Shown: positions 1-10,211, counted from the first letter of the stretch. The stretch is 64,000 bases of DNA from Kiritimatiellia bacterium (GCA_045656225.1 JAZOQU010000001.1:19466-83465); one strand, 5' to 3'. The notes: a model not told the origin generated them from the letters alone. Made by a program: numbers and translations.

Positions 1-1482
1 TTTCTGCCGCAGGCTACTCAAGACTACTCCGAGAAGAGCGGTCGCGTCTGGGATATCCGTGACGACAAGTGGGTGGACGAATACTGGAAGCTGACTACTG
101 CTGCCGTGCGTGACTTTGGACGCCCCGGTCCCGGACTTCTCCACACAATCGGTCTTGGAGAGCGCATGTGCTACAGGAAACGCGCCGACAATCTGAAGCT
201 CAAGCGCCTTGCGCTCGACAAGTTCATCAAGCGCGCCGAGCGCGACTATCCGGATTCGAAAGTGCTGATCGCGGGATGGGATTTCTACTACACCTGGTTT
301 CCGAACGAAGTGCAGGAGCTCGTCAAGACGCTTGATCCCAAGCGTGTGATAATATGGGACTACGAAGGCGATGCAACGCGTGACGAGCGCCCGGAGATGA
401 AGGGCAAAAAGAACAATTTCACCAAGTGGGGGCTTGTGGGCAGGTTCCCGTACACGTTCTCGGTGTTTCTTGCGTATGAATCGGCGCTCGATATCCGGGC
501 AAACTATCCGCTCATCGAAGAGCGCCAGAAGATCGTACAGAACGATCCATTCTGCGCAGGCTACATCTTATGGCCGGAGGCGAGCCATACCGACACGCTG
601 CTCCTCAGCTATTTCACGGAGAATGCCTGGCGCAAGGGCGGCGCAGGAATCGAAAGCGTCCTGCCCGTGTTCTGCCGCGACCGCTACGGCGAGGATGCCG
701 GGCGCATGCAGGGATTGTGGGAGAGGGTGTCTAAGCTTTCGACACTGCTGGACTGGAGCCATAATTATTTCCAGCTGACGCTTCGGCACTCGCGCTACCA
801 TAACCCGAAGAGGCGCATCAACATATACAACAATCCGGCGAAGTGGCGCAGCCGGAAGATCGCCGATTCGCTTCGCTGCACTCCGGAGATCTTTCGCGAA
901 TTGGCTGCTCTCGATTGGAAGAAGACTCCCTTTATCGAGCGTGATGCGATCGATCTGGCGCGTACTTCCGCCGATAGGCTCATCATTGCCGCGCATGCGC
1001 GGCTGCTCAAGGCATATCACGACTGGAAGGCGGGCGCTGCGTCCGCCGATGACATAAGGCGCTATGCAGGCGCGTTTACGGCGCTCAACGACGCCATTGT
1101 CGAGGTCTTTGCCCTCCACACGGACTATTCGCTTGCGGAATCCTACGACCGTCTCGATGCGATCGAGAAGATCCGTAATCCGAATTTCGCCAAGGTGCTT
1201 GTCGAGAACGCCACTTGCGCCTATTGCGCATCCCACCAGTACGAAGCGGCGGAGTACTGGTACAAGCCGGCGGCGCATGATTTTGCAGACGATATCGTCC
1301 GGCGTGTGACGGCGGGCGACCGCTCCAGGCTCGGCCCGTACGAAAGATTCGAGACATACCGCGACAAGAGGCTTTATGCAAAGCCTCTTTCCGAGATGCG
1401 TCCGACCCTTGCCAGGACACAGGAGAATTACGTCCGAGTCATGAACGCGCTTGCGGATGCCGCCGAAATCGTTGTCAAATGA
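1..1482 (+). CDS. alpha-N-acetylglucosaminidase-like glycoside hydrolase (GH89/NAGLU-like), 5' end outside window
   Basis: Frame 1 is open from nt 1, with no stop before the listed GTG at 73, so the gene begins upstream of the window. From memory it is collinear with the barrel and C-terminal helical part of NAGLU-type enzymes (AGWDFYY, RVIIWDYEGD, GYILWPEASHTD, SYFTENAWRK, FCRDRYGEDAG). Confidence 0.55.
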   Translation, partial: FLPQATQDYSEKSGRVWDIRDDKWVDEYWKLTTAAVRDFGRPGPGLLHTIGLGERMCYRKRADNLKLKRLALDKFIKRAERDYPDSKVLIAGWDFYYTWFPNEVQELVKTLDPKRVIIWDYEGDATRDERPEMKGKKNNFTKWGLVGRFPYTFSVFLAYESALDIRANYPLIEERQKIVQNDPFCAGYILWPEASHTDTLLLSYFTENAWRKGGAGIESVLPVFCRDRYGEDAGRMQGLWERVSKLSTLLDWSHNYFQLTLRHSRYHNPKRRINIYNNPAKWRSRKIADSLRCTPEIFRELAALDWKKTPFIERDAIDLARTSADRLIIAAHARLLKAYHDWKAGAASADDIRRYAGAFTALNDAIVEVFALHTDYSLAESYDRLDAIEKIRNPNFAKVLVENATCAYCASHQYEAAEYWYKPAAHDFADDIVRRVTAGDRSRLGPYERFETYRDKRLYAKPLSEMRPTLARTQENYVRVMNALADAAEIVVK

Positions 1483-1521
1483 AGCAGAAAGTCGATAACT
1501 AAGCATTAGATTGGAGTTTAA

Positions 1522-3750
1522 ATGAAATTCTTCAGATTCCTTTTTTCTGCGGCGGCGGCGCTTGTTGCCGCCAATGCCTCTCTTGCGCAGCCTGACGCAA
1601 AGGATTCGCCTCTGCGAATAGCCGTGTATGTGGATAGCGGCGCGCGCAATGCCGGAGTGTTTCGCTGGCTTGAGCTGACGGCCCGTGCAAAAAATGTCGT
1701 TGCGACGCCTGTAGACGGCGAGGCGATCAGGAGAGGCGCTCTTGATGCGGCGGATGTCCTCGTGATGCCGGGCGGCTCTTCTATTGTGGAATCGAGGACG
1801 CTTGGGGCGGAAGGGGCCGCAAAGCTCAAGAAGTTTGTCAAGAACGGCGGCGGCTATGTCGGCACATGCGCAGGATGCAGCCTTTTGATGCAATCGTCGA
1901 AGTGCCATCCTAATATGCTCAACATGATTCCGTATACGTTTTCTGTGACAGGCGGAGCTACGGATCTCTCGATAATGTTCAACCGGCGTGCTCAGGACCT
2001 TGCAGGCATAAGCAAAGGCAAGCGGAAGATCCGCTATGCTCTCGGGCCCGTTCTCGTTCCTTCGCTGCCGGTCAAGGATGCCGATTTTGAGGTGGTGGCC
2101 TATTACAACAGCGACATCAATCTGATGAGCGACAGGGAGCGCATGTCCATGGCCGGGCAGGCTGCCGCAGTGGCCGGAACATACGGCAAGGGCAGGATTT
2201 TCGCGATTGCGGTCCATCCCGAGGCCGATTACGACGATCACCATATCATCCGCGGCGCGTTCCGCTATGTCGCGGGGCGCGAAATCGAATGGGATGTGCC
2301 GCAAAGAAAGCGCGGCCAGCTTGCCGTGGGGTTCATGTGCGACAATTCTTTCGGCGTTGAAACTGCGCGGCTTATACAGCGGCTTGTTACCGAATGCGAG
2401 TTTGATGTCATTGCGCTCAACAAGGGATTGATCGAGTCGGGATATCTGCGGCGCGTAGACGCAGTCCTTTCGCCGGCTACCGTCGGTTCCGGCAAGGCCG
2501 GCTCCGGGCTTTACGGCGGCAATGCCGAAAGGACCAGGGAGTTCATCGCGCGCGGCGGACGAATTTTCGCTTGGGGGAATGCGGCTGCGGCCGCGAAGGA
2601 ACGCGGCAGCGGTGAGATATGCGTTGCCGATTCCGAGGCCGCTCTCGCAGGGCTCCGCGCTTTTGCGGCGGAGCCTCTTCCGGCGCCCGCGGCGATTCCG
2701 CCCAAGGTGGAGAAGCCTGTTCGCGCCGGAATTCTGCAGAACGAGAAGAATTCAAGCATCATCATCGCCCGGATGCTCGCACTTGCTCCGGAATTCGAGC
2801 TTAAGATCCTTTCTCCGGAGGAATATGCCAAAGGCGGGCTTGACGGCCTTGATCTTGTGATTCAGCCCGGCGGCGGTTGCACAAGCCAGTACAAGGCCCT
2901 GGGAGAGGACGGAGCTGAAGCTCTCAGGCGCTTTGTTCTCGAGGGAGGCAAGTATTATGGCGTATGCGCCGGAGCGTTTCTTGCGCTTCAGCAGTCGCGC
3001 GAGGGCTACCCGCGCCTGGGGCTTGTGCCCTTCAAGGGTGACGATCCTCGGCATTATCGCGGCAAGGCGCCTGTCAAGGTTGCATTGACAGATGAAGGCA
3101 AGGAGGTGTTTGAGGGGTCGAAGTCCAGCAGAACCGTCATTTATGCGGGCGGCCCTGCGGCTGTTCCCGGCGAGAGCGTGGAGGATGCCGATGTGGTTGT
3201 TTTGGGCAAATACGTCGGGCGGACAATCAATGTCGCCAATCCCGAGCCGGTGGAGCCGATGACCGGCAAGGCAGCTTTCCTTGGCGGCAGAGTCGGCAAG
3301 GGCAAGGTCTTCCTCTCCTGCCCCCATCCCGAGTTTGAGGAATCCGATCATGATATGGTCAGGGCCGGCATCAGGTACCTTGCGGGCATTGCGCCCTCTC
3401 CTGTGTATCTCAACAGAACGCGCGGGGCAATGGCGGTTAAATTCTGCTCTTCCGACAAGGCGTCCGCAGAGTTTCTTTTCGGCACTCTCGAGCGCGACAG
3501 CCGCTTTTATGTCTGGTCCGGCAAAAGCCTTGAATCGCTCTCTCACGTTGATGCGGCGGTCCTGACGGATCAGGTGTCAAAAGCCGACGTCAAAACCTTG
3601 GCCCCCTACATCTCCCGCGGGCTTAAGGTGGTTGTGCTCGCAGATACCGAAGATAAGCGTGCGGCCGCGAAGAAGCTCCTGCCCGAAGCCGTCGCCGTAG
3701 ATTCATACGCGAAGGTTGTGGATGCGCTCCTCGGAGGATCTCATGAATAA
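1522..3750 (+). CDS. secreted protein with two class-I glutamine-amidotransferase-like (BPL_N/DJ-1-like) modules
   Basis: A GGAG lies upstream of the ATG. The N-terminus is signal-peptide-like (MKFFRFLFSAAAALVAANASLAQP). The motif PGG...GGxYxGxCAG occurs twice (VLVMPGGSS..GGGYVGTCAGCSLL and LVIQPGGGC..GGKYYGVCAGAFLAL). Confidence 0.6.
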   Translation: MKFFRFLFSAAAALVAANASLAQPDAKDSPLRIAVYVDSGARNAGVFRWLELTARAKNVVATPVDGEAIRRGALDAADVLVMPGGSSIVESRTLGAEGAAKLKKFVKNGGGYVGTCAGCSLLMQSSKCHPNMLNMIPYTFSVTGGATDLSIMFNRRAQDLAGISKGKRKIRYALGPVLVPSLPVKDADFEVVAYYNSDINLMSDRERMSMAGQAAAVAGTYGKGRIFAIAVHPEADYDDHHIIRGAFRYVAGREIEWDVPQRKRGQLAVGFMCDNSFGVETARLIQRLVTECEFDVIALNKGLIESGYLRRVDAVLSPATVGSGKAGSGLYGGNAERTREFIARGGRIFAWGNAAAAAKERGSGEICVADSEAALAGLRAFAAEPLPAPAAIPPKVEKPVRAGILQNEKNSSIIIARMLALAPEFELKILSPEEYAKGGLDGLDLVIQPGGGCTSQYKALGEDGAEALRRFVLEGGKYYGVCAGAFLALQQSREGYPRLGLVPFKGDDPRHYRGKAPVKVALTDEGKEVFEGSKSSRTVIYAGGPAAVPGESVEDADVVVLGKYVGRTINVANPEPVEPMTGKAAFLGGRVGKGKVFLSCPHPEFEESDHDMVRAGIRYLAGIAPSPVYLNRTRGAMAVKFCSSDKASAEFLFGTLERDSRFYVWSGKSLESLSHVDAAVLTDQVSKADVKTLAPYISRGLKVVVLADTEDKRAAAKKLLPEAVAVDSYAKVVDALLGGSHE

Positions 3751-4912
3751 ACATCTGACATTCGGAATTGCCGCCGCATTGATGGCGTTTTCTCTCACGG
3801 CGGCGGAATCCCCGGCGCGGTTCGAGGAGAAGATAGGCTCTCTCATCAAGGAGAACAGGACGGCCGGCATGGCGGTCGTTGTGGTCAAGGGCGGAAAGGT
3901 CATCTACGAAAAAGCGTTCGGCTGCCGCGACAAGGATACGCGCGAAGCGCTGGAGATCGACGACATCTTCCGCATCGCCTCGATCTCGAAGTCTTTTTCG
4001 GCGATGTCGATAATGCAGCTTGTGGAGGCCGGCAAGATCTCGCTCGACGACGATGTGAACAAAATACTCGGTATGGACATCCGCAATCCGCGCTATCCCG
4101 ATACGCCCGTCACGATAAGGATGCTTTTGTCGCACACTTCAAGCATGAAGGACGGCGGCCATCATCGCGATCTTACGTATGTGGACAAGACGAAGACGGA
4201 CATTGCCGTCATCCGCGAAAAGGCGTGGCTCGATTATGCGCCCGGCAAAGGCTACAAGTACTGCAACAGGGCGTACAACATCATGGGCAACGTCATCGAA
4301 ACGGTCTCGGGCGAGCGGTTTGACGAATACATCCTCAACCATATCCTCAAGCCCATCGGAGCGAAAAACGCGGGCTTCAATCTCGATACGCTCGACCGTA
4401 CGAAGGAGGTCAAGCTCTACGGCTACAGCAAGAAGCGCGATGAGCTATACCCCGGCGGCGGCTATTTGCGCATAAATGAGCCGAAGGTCAGGGACGGTAC
4501 GTACAAACTTGGCAAGGACGGCTGCTATTGGTCGCCTACCGGCGGCATGAAGATGTCCGCTCCCGATCTCGCCAAGTGGATGATGACGCTCCAGAGAGGC
4601 GGCGTAGCCCCGAACGGCAGCCGCATCGTTTCCGAAGCGGGGTGCAAGGCAATGATGACGCCTGCAGTAACGGTGGATCCCACCACTGAATACTGCTTCG
4701 GCATCCGCTTCGAAAAGCGGTTCTTTGAAGGCAAGCGGCTCATAGGGCATACCGGAGGCGCGCACGGGCTTTACAGCTGCATGTACTTCTGTCCCGAGGA
4801 GGATTGGGGCATCGTATGCATCTGCTCGAGCGGCGTACCCGACAAGGTCAACGGCATCCGCAAGTGTCTCTACACTATTCTGCACCTCCTCTACAGCGAA
4901 CTCCTCAAATAA
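3743..4912 (+). CDS. beta-lactamase-family serine hydrolase
   Basis: SxxK motif (ASISKSF), a Y-x-N-like motif (RAYN) and an HTG box (IGHTGGAHG). I prefer the ATG at 3743 (MNKHLTFGIAAALMAF signal-like), which overlaps the upstream stop by 8 nt. Confidence 0.8.
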   Translation: MNKHLTFGIAAALMAFSLTAAESPARFEEKIGSLIKENRTAGMAVVVVKGGKVIYEKAFGCRDKDTREALEIDDIFRIASISKSFSAMSIMQLVEAGKISLDDDVNKILGMDIRNPRYPDTPVTIRMLLSHTSSMKDGGHHRDLTYVDKTKTDIAVIREKAWLDYAPGKGYKYCNRAYNIMGNVIETVSGERFDEYILNHILKPIGAKNAGFNLDTLDRTKEVKLYGYSKKRDELYPGGGYLRINEPKVRDGTYKLGKDGCYWSPTGGMKMSAPDLAKWMMTLQRGGVAPNGSRIVSEAGCKAMMTPAVTVDPTTEYCFGIRFEKRFFEGKRLIGHTGGAHGLYSCMYFCPEEDWGIVCICSSGVPDKVNGIRKCLYTILHLLYSELLK

Positions 4913-4917
4913 ATCTT

Positions 4918-7467
4918 ATGCGTACCGTCAAATTTGCTCTTCCTGCTGCGTTGATGATTGTCCTTCCGGCGTTTGCCGCGCCGGATCTAGGCGTTGCGTT
5001 GCCGCATCGTCCGTCTGACGGATATGCCGACGTGAGGCGCGCGAACATTTTGGGAGCGGAGAAGCGCACCGAGGAAGGGCGCGCCTTTATCGCGAAGTTG
5101 CGCGCCTTGCCCGTTGAGAACAGAAATCTCGAGGAGCGGCAGTCTGTTGATATGGCGGAGTATGCGTTTCTGCGCCATGATACCGGCGCGAACAAGGCCC
5201 GCTGCATCGAGTGCCTGAAGGCCGTATACGATTCATGCCCCACCTCATTCTGGGGCTGGGCGGCCTTCAGCTTTCTCAAGGAATATGGCGAGGATGTCCT
5301 TGAACCGCGCAAGGATCCGCTACGGGGGCTCGGCCCGTTCGGTGACGGGGTCGTGAATCTCGTGCCCAGGATGCTTGAAAAGGCGGCCGCCCCTGACGGG
5401 AATCTCTCTTCCGCCCTGGAGCGCATCATGGCGGCCACCAACGATGTGCAGATTGCCAATCTGTCGGGGCTGAAGCCCGGTTCGCCGGTCAGGCGCGCGA
5501 TTCTGCGCAAGCGGCTCGTCGAGATATGCGGCGCGGACAAGATAGGCGAGGTCCTTTCCGCCGAAGGCGGCGCGGCGCTTTTCGCGAGGCTCTGGAAGGA
5601 CGATGCCGTGCTGGAGGACTTTCTGCTTTCGGGGCCCGTTTTCTCCGGGCCGAAGGCGCTTGAGGTTTTGATGACGCTTTTTCTCAACGATAGCTCCGAG
5701 CAGTGGTCCAAAACGGAAATCGGGCGGCGCGTGACAGTGGCGGTCGCGCTCAACGCGAAGGCGGGAGACGATCTTGCCGCCACAGTGCGCCACTGGGCGG
5801 CCTTCAGGCGCATCGCCGAGGTGGATGGCTTTCTCAAGGAGGCCGCATCCAACGATTGTCGCGAATGGCGTTTTGTGGTGACGCGCCCGAGAGATTCGGC
5901 GGAAACGCTTTACCTCAATTCGCGGCGCCATTTTCCCACGAGGAATTTCTACCGCCTCATCAACAATGTTCCGTACCGCAGGACCAACTGTTTCGGAGCA
6001 AGCAAGTTCAGGAGGTTTAGCAAGCACATGAAGGCCTGGGAGGGATACATGAGGCCATGGGATGCCTCTGGACTATCGCGCCTCTATCTCCGCTCTCGCA
6101 TCGGTGGCGTATGCGTGGAGCAGTCGAAATGGGCGGCGTATGCGGCAAATTCCCAGGGGCTCATGGCCGTGACGGGCGGACAGCCCGGGCGAAGGGCCAC
6201 CAAGTTCCGCCCCAAAGCGCCTCCGCACTTGAGCTGGGTGCTGCGCGGCGCGAACGGCAACTGGCGCGTATTGAACAACATAAGGCCATATACGCACAGC
6301 GTGTTCTCGATCTGGGGGAGCGATTTCCAGCATCTTCTTTCCGTTGAGCGCGCGTTTGCCGACCGCGAGGCGCACGACGAGTCCGAGCTTCTGCTTTTTG
6401 CGGGGCGCACAAGGGAGGCGGCCATGCGCTGCCCCTACAATTACACGGCATGGCGTGCATACGCGGACGGCTTCCGGAAGGGTGACGCTTCGATCGCCCA
6501 ATGGCAGCGCTATCTGGCGGAGCTTCTGGAGCTCCAGCCGGAGGGGCGTCAGGTCACGTGGGATTTTGCGCACGAGGCGCTTGATGCGATGGCGAAGAAG
6601 GGTATGGTCAAGAATGAGCTGGCCAAGGAGACGGCGAAGGTGTTTATGGCCCTTCCGCAGCCGAAGGTGCGCGTTGCCGAGGAGATGAATTTCAGGAAAA
6701 AAGCGCTCATGCGCGCTTTGCGGCATTTCAAGGACCATCCCGAGCTGGAGGACAAGCTTCTGGGCGTTGCGTTCGAGGCCAACAAGGAAAGCCCCGCCTA
6801 TCTGCCGCAGATATTCGGCCATGTGCTGGCGCGTCTCGGTAAGGACAAGGAGCGCCTCGGGAGATTTTTTTCCGTCATAGCGTCCATCGGCAGGAGCGCC
6901 GAGGCTGATGCGCCCGGGACCGTAGATTGGCGGAGAGTATTCACCATGGCGGATTTCAGCTCGGACAGGGAAGCGTTTCGCATGATGGCCAATTTCAGGG
7001 ATGAGAGCGATCCGCCCGCAGGTGCGGCGAAGGTCCCCCTGAACGATTACGGCGCGGCGCTCGCGTCGGACGATGCGCTTGTGGTCGTCTCGTCGCGCGG
7101 CAAGGGCGATACGCCGGAGGATCATCCGAGGGTTACGGACGCTACGCCCTACGATCCCAAACGCAAGGGGCTTTTGACCACAAAGGCGCAGAAGGCGCCG
7201 TGGGTGACGGTTGAGCTTGCCGGTCTTGTGAAACTCTCGGGTATCACCGTGGACGGCGCCGGGAAGGGCATGACGATTTGGATTTCCGACGACGGCGAGC
7301 AGTGGAGCAAGATCGCCGAATGTGGCAAGGACAATTCCGCCTGGCGCGTGGATCTCCGCAAGGACGCTCCCTCCGGCAAGCTCGTCAAGCTCGGCTACGA
7401 GCCGGGCGAAAAGAGGAAGGTCCTTGCGATCAGAAAGATCCTCGTCTACGGCAACAGGCAATATTGA
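4918..7467 (+). CDS. secreted hypothetical protein with C-terminal F5/8 type C (discoidin)-like domain
   Basis: I prefer the ATG at 4918 (MRTVKFALPAALMIVLPAFAAPD signal peptide). The listed 4804 start overlaps the previous gene. The C-terminal ~130 aa look discoidin-like (WVTVELAGLVKLSGITVDG...WISDDGEQWSKI...AIRKILVYG). Confidence 0.6.
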   Translation: MRTVKFALPAALMIVLPAFAAPDLGVALPHRPSDGYADVRRANILGAEKRTEEGRAFIAKLRALPVENRNLEERQSVDMAEYAFLRHDTGANKARCIECLKAVYDSCPTSFWGWAAFSFLKEYGEDVLEPRKDPLRGLGPFGDGVVNLVPRMLEKAAAPDGNLSSALERIMAATNDVQIANLSGLKPGSPVRRAILRKRLVEICGADKIGEVLSAEGGAALFARLWKDDAVLEDFLLSGPVFSGPKALEVLMTLFLNDSSEQWSKTEIGRRVTVAVALNAKAGDDLAATVRHWAAFRRIAEVDGFLKEAASNDCREWRFVVTRPRDSAETLYLNSRRHFPTRNFYRLINNVPYRRTNCFGASKFRRFSKHMKAWEGYMRPWDASGLSRLYLRSRIGGVCVEQSKWAAYAANSQGLMAVTGGQPGRRATKFRPKAPPHLSWVLRGANGNWRVLNNIRPYTHSVFSIWGSDFQHLLSVERAFADREAHDESELLLFAGRTREAAMRCPYNYTAWRAYADGFRKGDASIAQWQRYLAELLELQPEGRQVTWDFAHEALDAMAKKGMVKNELAKETAKVFMALPQPKVRVAEEMNFRKKALMRALRHFKDHPELEDKLLGVAFEANKESPAYLPQIFGHVLARLGKDKERLGRFFSVIASIGRSAEADAPGTVDWRRVFTMADFSSDREAFRMMANFRDESDPPAGAAKVPLNDYGAALASDDALVVVSSRGKGDTPEDHPRVTDATPYDPKRKGLLTTKAQKAPWVTVELAGLVKLSGITVDGAGKGMTIWISDDGEQWSKIAECGKDNSAWRVDLRKDAPSGKLVKLGYEPGEKRKVLAIRKILVYGNRQY

Positions 7468-7515
7468 GAATCACATAGAGGCTCATGCCACGAGTTCGGC
7501 GTTGAGGAGGATTCT

Positions 7516-8718
7516 TCATTTTTTTGCGCGGCACTGGCTACGGTAGTCGCGCATGGAGATGCCGAAGCGGCGCTTGAAGAGTACCTTTGGAGGCGTGGGG
7601 TTGTTCCAGCCGCAGCTCTCGGTTATTACCGAGATGGGTTCGTCAGTCTGACGGAGACGCCGTTTGACCTCTTCAAGTCTGATTCGGAGCATTGCCTCGT
7701 AGACGCTTTCGCCCTGAAGTTCTCTGAATCTTAACTCGAGGAGCGAACGCGAAACGTTGAAGCGCCGCGCCACGTCCTTTACTCCGATTCCTTTGCAGGC
7801 CTCTTTGTTTATGTAGACGAGCACCCGTTGGATGAATTTTCCGGCTTCTGACTGCGGTACGGTTGACTCTCTAAGTACTATAGTGCGTATTCCTACGAGC
7901 CTTAAGATTTTCTCCGATGGTATCTTTCCGCCAGACATCATCATGTTTAGAAGTTCAGCCGCGAGTCGACCTTCGCCGATAAAGTCGGGCTGTACGCTTG
8001 AAAGTTTAGGTTCTGAGTTTTCACACAAAAGGGGATCGTTGTTGACGCCGAGGATGCCGATCTCTGCCGGGATTTTGATTCCGATTTCATTGCATAAGTC
8101 CGAGATCTCAAACGCGCGGTCATCGCACGCCGCGAGAAGTCCGCATGGTTTTGGAAGCTCTTTAAGCCATTTGGTCAAAGTCTTTTTGTCTTCTATTTTA
8201 TTTTTGAAATGATTTACATCGAACATTTTTACGCTGAAACCTGCTGCGGCGAGCGTGTTGTGAAAACTTATGCCGCGTTCACGGCTCCAATCCTCGTCGG
8301 TGCGGTAGCCTGTGTAGGCGTAACTTTTATAGACGCCTTGTTTAAGAAGGGTTTGCGCGGCCTCTCTGCCGACTTGAGCGGAGTCGCTTTTCACGAATGC
8401 GATATTCGTTTCTCGTTCTAAGATGTTTTCGCCGGAGACGTTCATTACTACTGTAGGGATATTGGTATTAGCGAGAACTTTAAGAGCATCTTCTGTCCCC
8501 GGTATGCCAACAATGAAGCCGTCGGTGCCGCGTTCCAGTTCGTGCCGGACGGTCTCAGCGGTGAATTCGTGTCTTGTTCTATAGATGACAAGTTGCCAGC
8601 GGTGTCCTGCGCTAAGATATTCGAAAACTCCGTTGAGCTTGTCTTGGCCGGCGATGCCCGCCATTCTTAGCGCGACTACGACGCGACGCGGGAAGGCTTT
8701 TGGTGTTTTCTTTTTCAT
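7516..8718 (-). CDS. XylR-type AraC-family transcriptional regulator (periplasmic-binding-protein-like sensor plus AraC HTH)
   Basis: This is the only convincing minus-strand gene. The N-terminal ~270 aa are LacI/PBP-like. The C-terminal part is an AraC-type HTH (VKDVARRFNVSRSLLELRFRE...FGISMRDYR). It is divergent from a sugar transporter operon. Confidence 0.85.
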   Translation of the reverse strand: MKKKTPKAFPRRVVVALRMAGIAGQDKLNGVFEYLSAGHRWQLVIYRTRHEFTAETVRHELERGTDGFIVGIPGTEDALKVLANTNIPTVVMNVSGENILERETNIAFVKSDSAQVGREAAQTLLKQGVYKSYAYTGYRTDEDWSRERGISFHNTLAAAGFSVKMFDVNHFKNKIEDKKTLTKWLKELPKPCGLLAACDDRAFEISDLCNEIGIKIPAEIGILGVNNDPLLCENSEPKLSSVQPDFIGEGRLAAELLNMMMSGGKIPSEKILRLVGIRTIVLRESTVPQSEAGKFIQRVLVYINKEACKGIGVKDVARRFNVSRSLLELRFRELQGESVYEAMLRIRLEEVKRRLRQTDEPISVITESCGWNNPTPPKVLFKRRFGISMRDYRSQCRAKK

Positions 8719-8747
8719 GGTTGGTTAGTCGTTACTCTTTAGTGGTT

Positions 8748-8756
8748 ATTATATCA
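8748..8756 (-). promoter_or_regulatory. extended -10 promoter (TGaTATAAT on minus strand) for the regulator
   Basis: The plus-strand sequence attatatca at 8748-8756 is the reverse complement of TGATATAAT. It lies 29 nt upstream of the minus-strand ATG at 8718. Confidence 0.5.
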
Positions 8757-8830
8757 TAATCGGACGATGCTGTTTGGTGAAAAGATAATGTAATTTTGGC
8801 GGATATATAATTGGTGTAAAAAGTGAGTTT

Positions 8831-8839
8831 TGATAAAAT
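8831..8839 (+). promoter_or_regulatory. extended -10 promoter (TGaTAAAAT), leaderless-type, for the MFS gene
   Basis: The hexamer ends at 8839. The ATG at 8847 follows after 7 nt with no Shine-Dalgarno sequence. Confidence 0.5.
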
Positions 8840-8846
8840 ATTCGGC

Positions 8847-10178
8847 ATGAAAGAGAAAGCATCGGTATATAAACTTCTTGCGATTGCAGGATTGGGGGGT
8901 CTTCTCTACGGAGTGGACTTCGGCGTTATCGCCGCGGCCGAGCCGTATATGAAGGCGCTCGGAGTTTACAGCGGCTCTCAAATAAGCCACATCGTCGGAG
9001 CTGTGCTTCTCGGAGGGCTCCTTTCGTCGATTACCTCTGGTTGGCTCTGCGACTTTTTCGGACGCAAGAAGATGATTGTCGCTTCGTCGGCGATGTTTCT
9101 TTTTTCCATTCCGATAGTATGCCTTTCTCTTGAGTCGTATCCGGTCCTTTTTATCGGGCGCGTTCTTCAGGGAATGAGCGCGGGGTATATGGCGGTTGTC
9201 ATGCCCATGTATTTAACGGAGACTCTGCCTGCCGATATACGCGGGCGCGGCACAGGAATATTTCAGTTCTGCCTTGGGCTTGGGCTTATGGTTGCCGCCG
9301 GAGCGGGTTGTCTAATCGCGATGTATTACGGCGCGTCTGACAGCGCGAACATTGACGCCGCAGGAAAGACTGCCGCGTGGAGCGCAAATTTCTGGTGGAC
9401 GATGATTCCCGTAGCTGTTCTCTTTTTCGGCAGTTTTTCGCTTCCCGAAAGTCCTGTTTGGCTCTCGGGCGGCCATAAGAAGGCTAAAGATTCCTTGTCG
9501 GTCAAACATGAGGGCGGATCTCTTCTTCAGCGTCGCTATGTCGTTCCGTTTCTTTTGGCCGTTATCGTGCTTACGTTGAATAAGACAACAGGAATGAGTT
9601 CATTTACGAGCTATCTCGTTTCGATTCTTCAGGGTTCCGGTCTCGACGGAATGGCTGCGAACTGGGGTCAGCTTGTCGTTAAGACATCGAATATGCTTTT
9701 CACGATTGCGGCGGCGGCGCTCATAGATCGTGTTGGGCGTGTAAAGCTTCTTAAGCTCGGAACGGGCGGGATGGCGCTCTTTCTTGGGGTCATCGCGTCG
9801 ATATTCCTGGCTGTGGAGCGCTTCGGTGTGGAGGCGACGAATTTGACCGGCTCTCTTATGCTCGTATCGTTTATCTTTATGCAGGCTTTTTATGCGCTCG
9901 GTCCCGGGATCTGCGTGTGGCTCGTTCTTTCCGAACTTATGCCTACGCGCATTCGCGCCAACGGAATGGCTTGTGCGCTTTTCATGAATCAGCTAGTTGC
10001 CTGGGGTCTCGCTTCCTGGTTCCGTCCATGGATTGAGGCGTGGGGCTGGTCGTCGATGTTCTTCTTCTTCGCCGCGAACGGAGTACTCTATTTCATCGTA
10101 TCATTCTTCATTCCTGAAACGAAAGGCAAACCGATAGAGGAACTTGAACACCTCTTTGATAAAAAAAACAACACCTAA
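8847..10178 (+). CDS. MFS sugar porter family transporter
   Basis: Sugar-porter motifs are present (GRKKMI, PESPVWL, PETKGKPIEELE) along with about 12 hydrophobic segments. I prefer the ATG at 8847 over the GTG at 8823 because of the promoter geometry. Confidence 0.85.
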   Translation: MKEKASVYKLLAIAGLGGLLYGVDFGVIAAAEPYMKALGVYSGSQISHIVGAVLLGGLLSSITSGWLCDFFGRKKMIVASSAMFLFSIPIVCLSLESYPVLFIGRVLQGMSAGYMAVVMPMYLTETLPADIRGRGTGIFQFCLGLGLMVAAGAGCLIAMYYGASDSANIDAAGKTAAWSANFWWTMIPVAVLFFGSFSLPESPVWLSGGHKKAKDSLSVKHEGGSLLQRRYVVPFLLAVIVLTLNKTTGMSSFTSYLVSILQGSGLDGMAANWGQLVVKTSNMLFTIAAAALIDRVGRVKLLKLGTGGMALFLGVIASIFLAVERFGVEATNLTGSLMLVSFIFMQAFYALGPGICVWLVLSELMPTRIRANGMACALFMNQLVAWGLASWFRPWIEAWGWSSMFFFFAANGVLYFIVSFFIPETKGKPIEELEHLFDKKNNT

Positions 10179-10211
10179 CCCCTAATCACTAACCCCTAAC
10201 TACTAACCACT
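10179..10211. repeat. TAAC-word simple repeat spacer
   Basis: The spacer cccctaatcactaacccctaactactaaccact fills the whole gap between the stop and the next ATG. Its reverse complement contains TAGTGGTTAG, GTTAGGGG and GTGATTAG, words also found at 8721-8750 and 17041-17070. Confidence 0.6.

Noticed and set aside
568-2304. 578-aa minus-strand ORF
   Set aside because: It runs antisense across the junction of two well-supported + strand genes and is Arg/Ala/Pro-rich, as expected for a GC-rich shadow frame. It has no recognisable motif or start context.
4804-4917. N-terminal extensions in the ORF track (4804, 3716, 8823, 29821, 30672, 36658, 37572)
   Set aside because: Each extension overlaps the preceding gene and lacks signal-peptide or family-consistent sequence. 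Internal ATGs at 4918, 3743, 8847, 29833, 30699, 36718 and 37629 give canonical N-termini or stop/start coupling.
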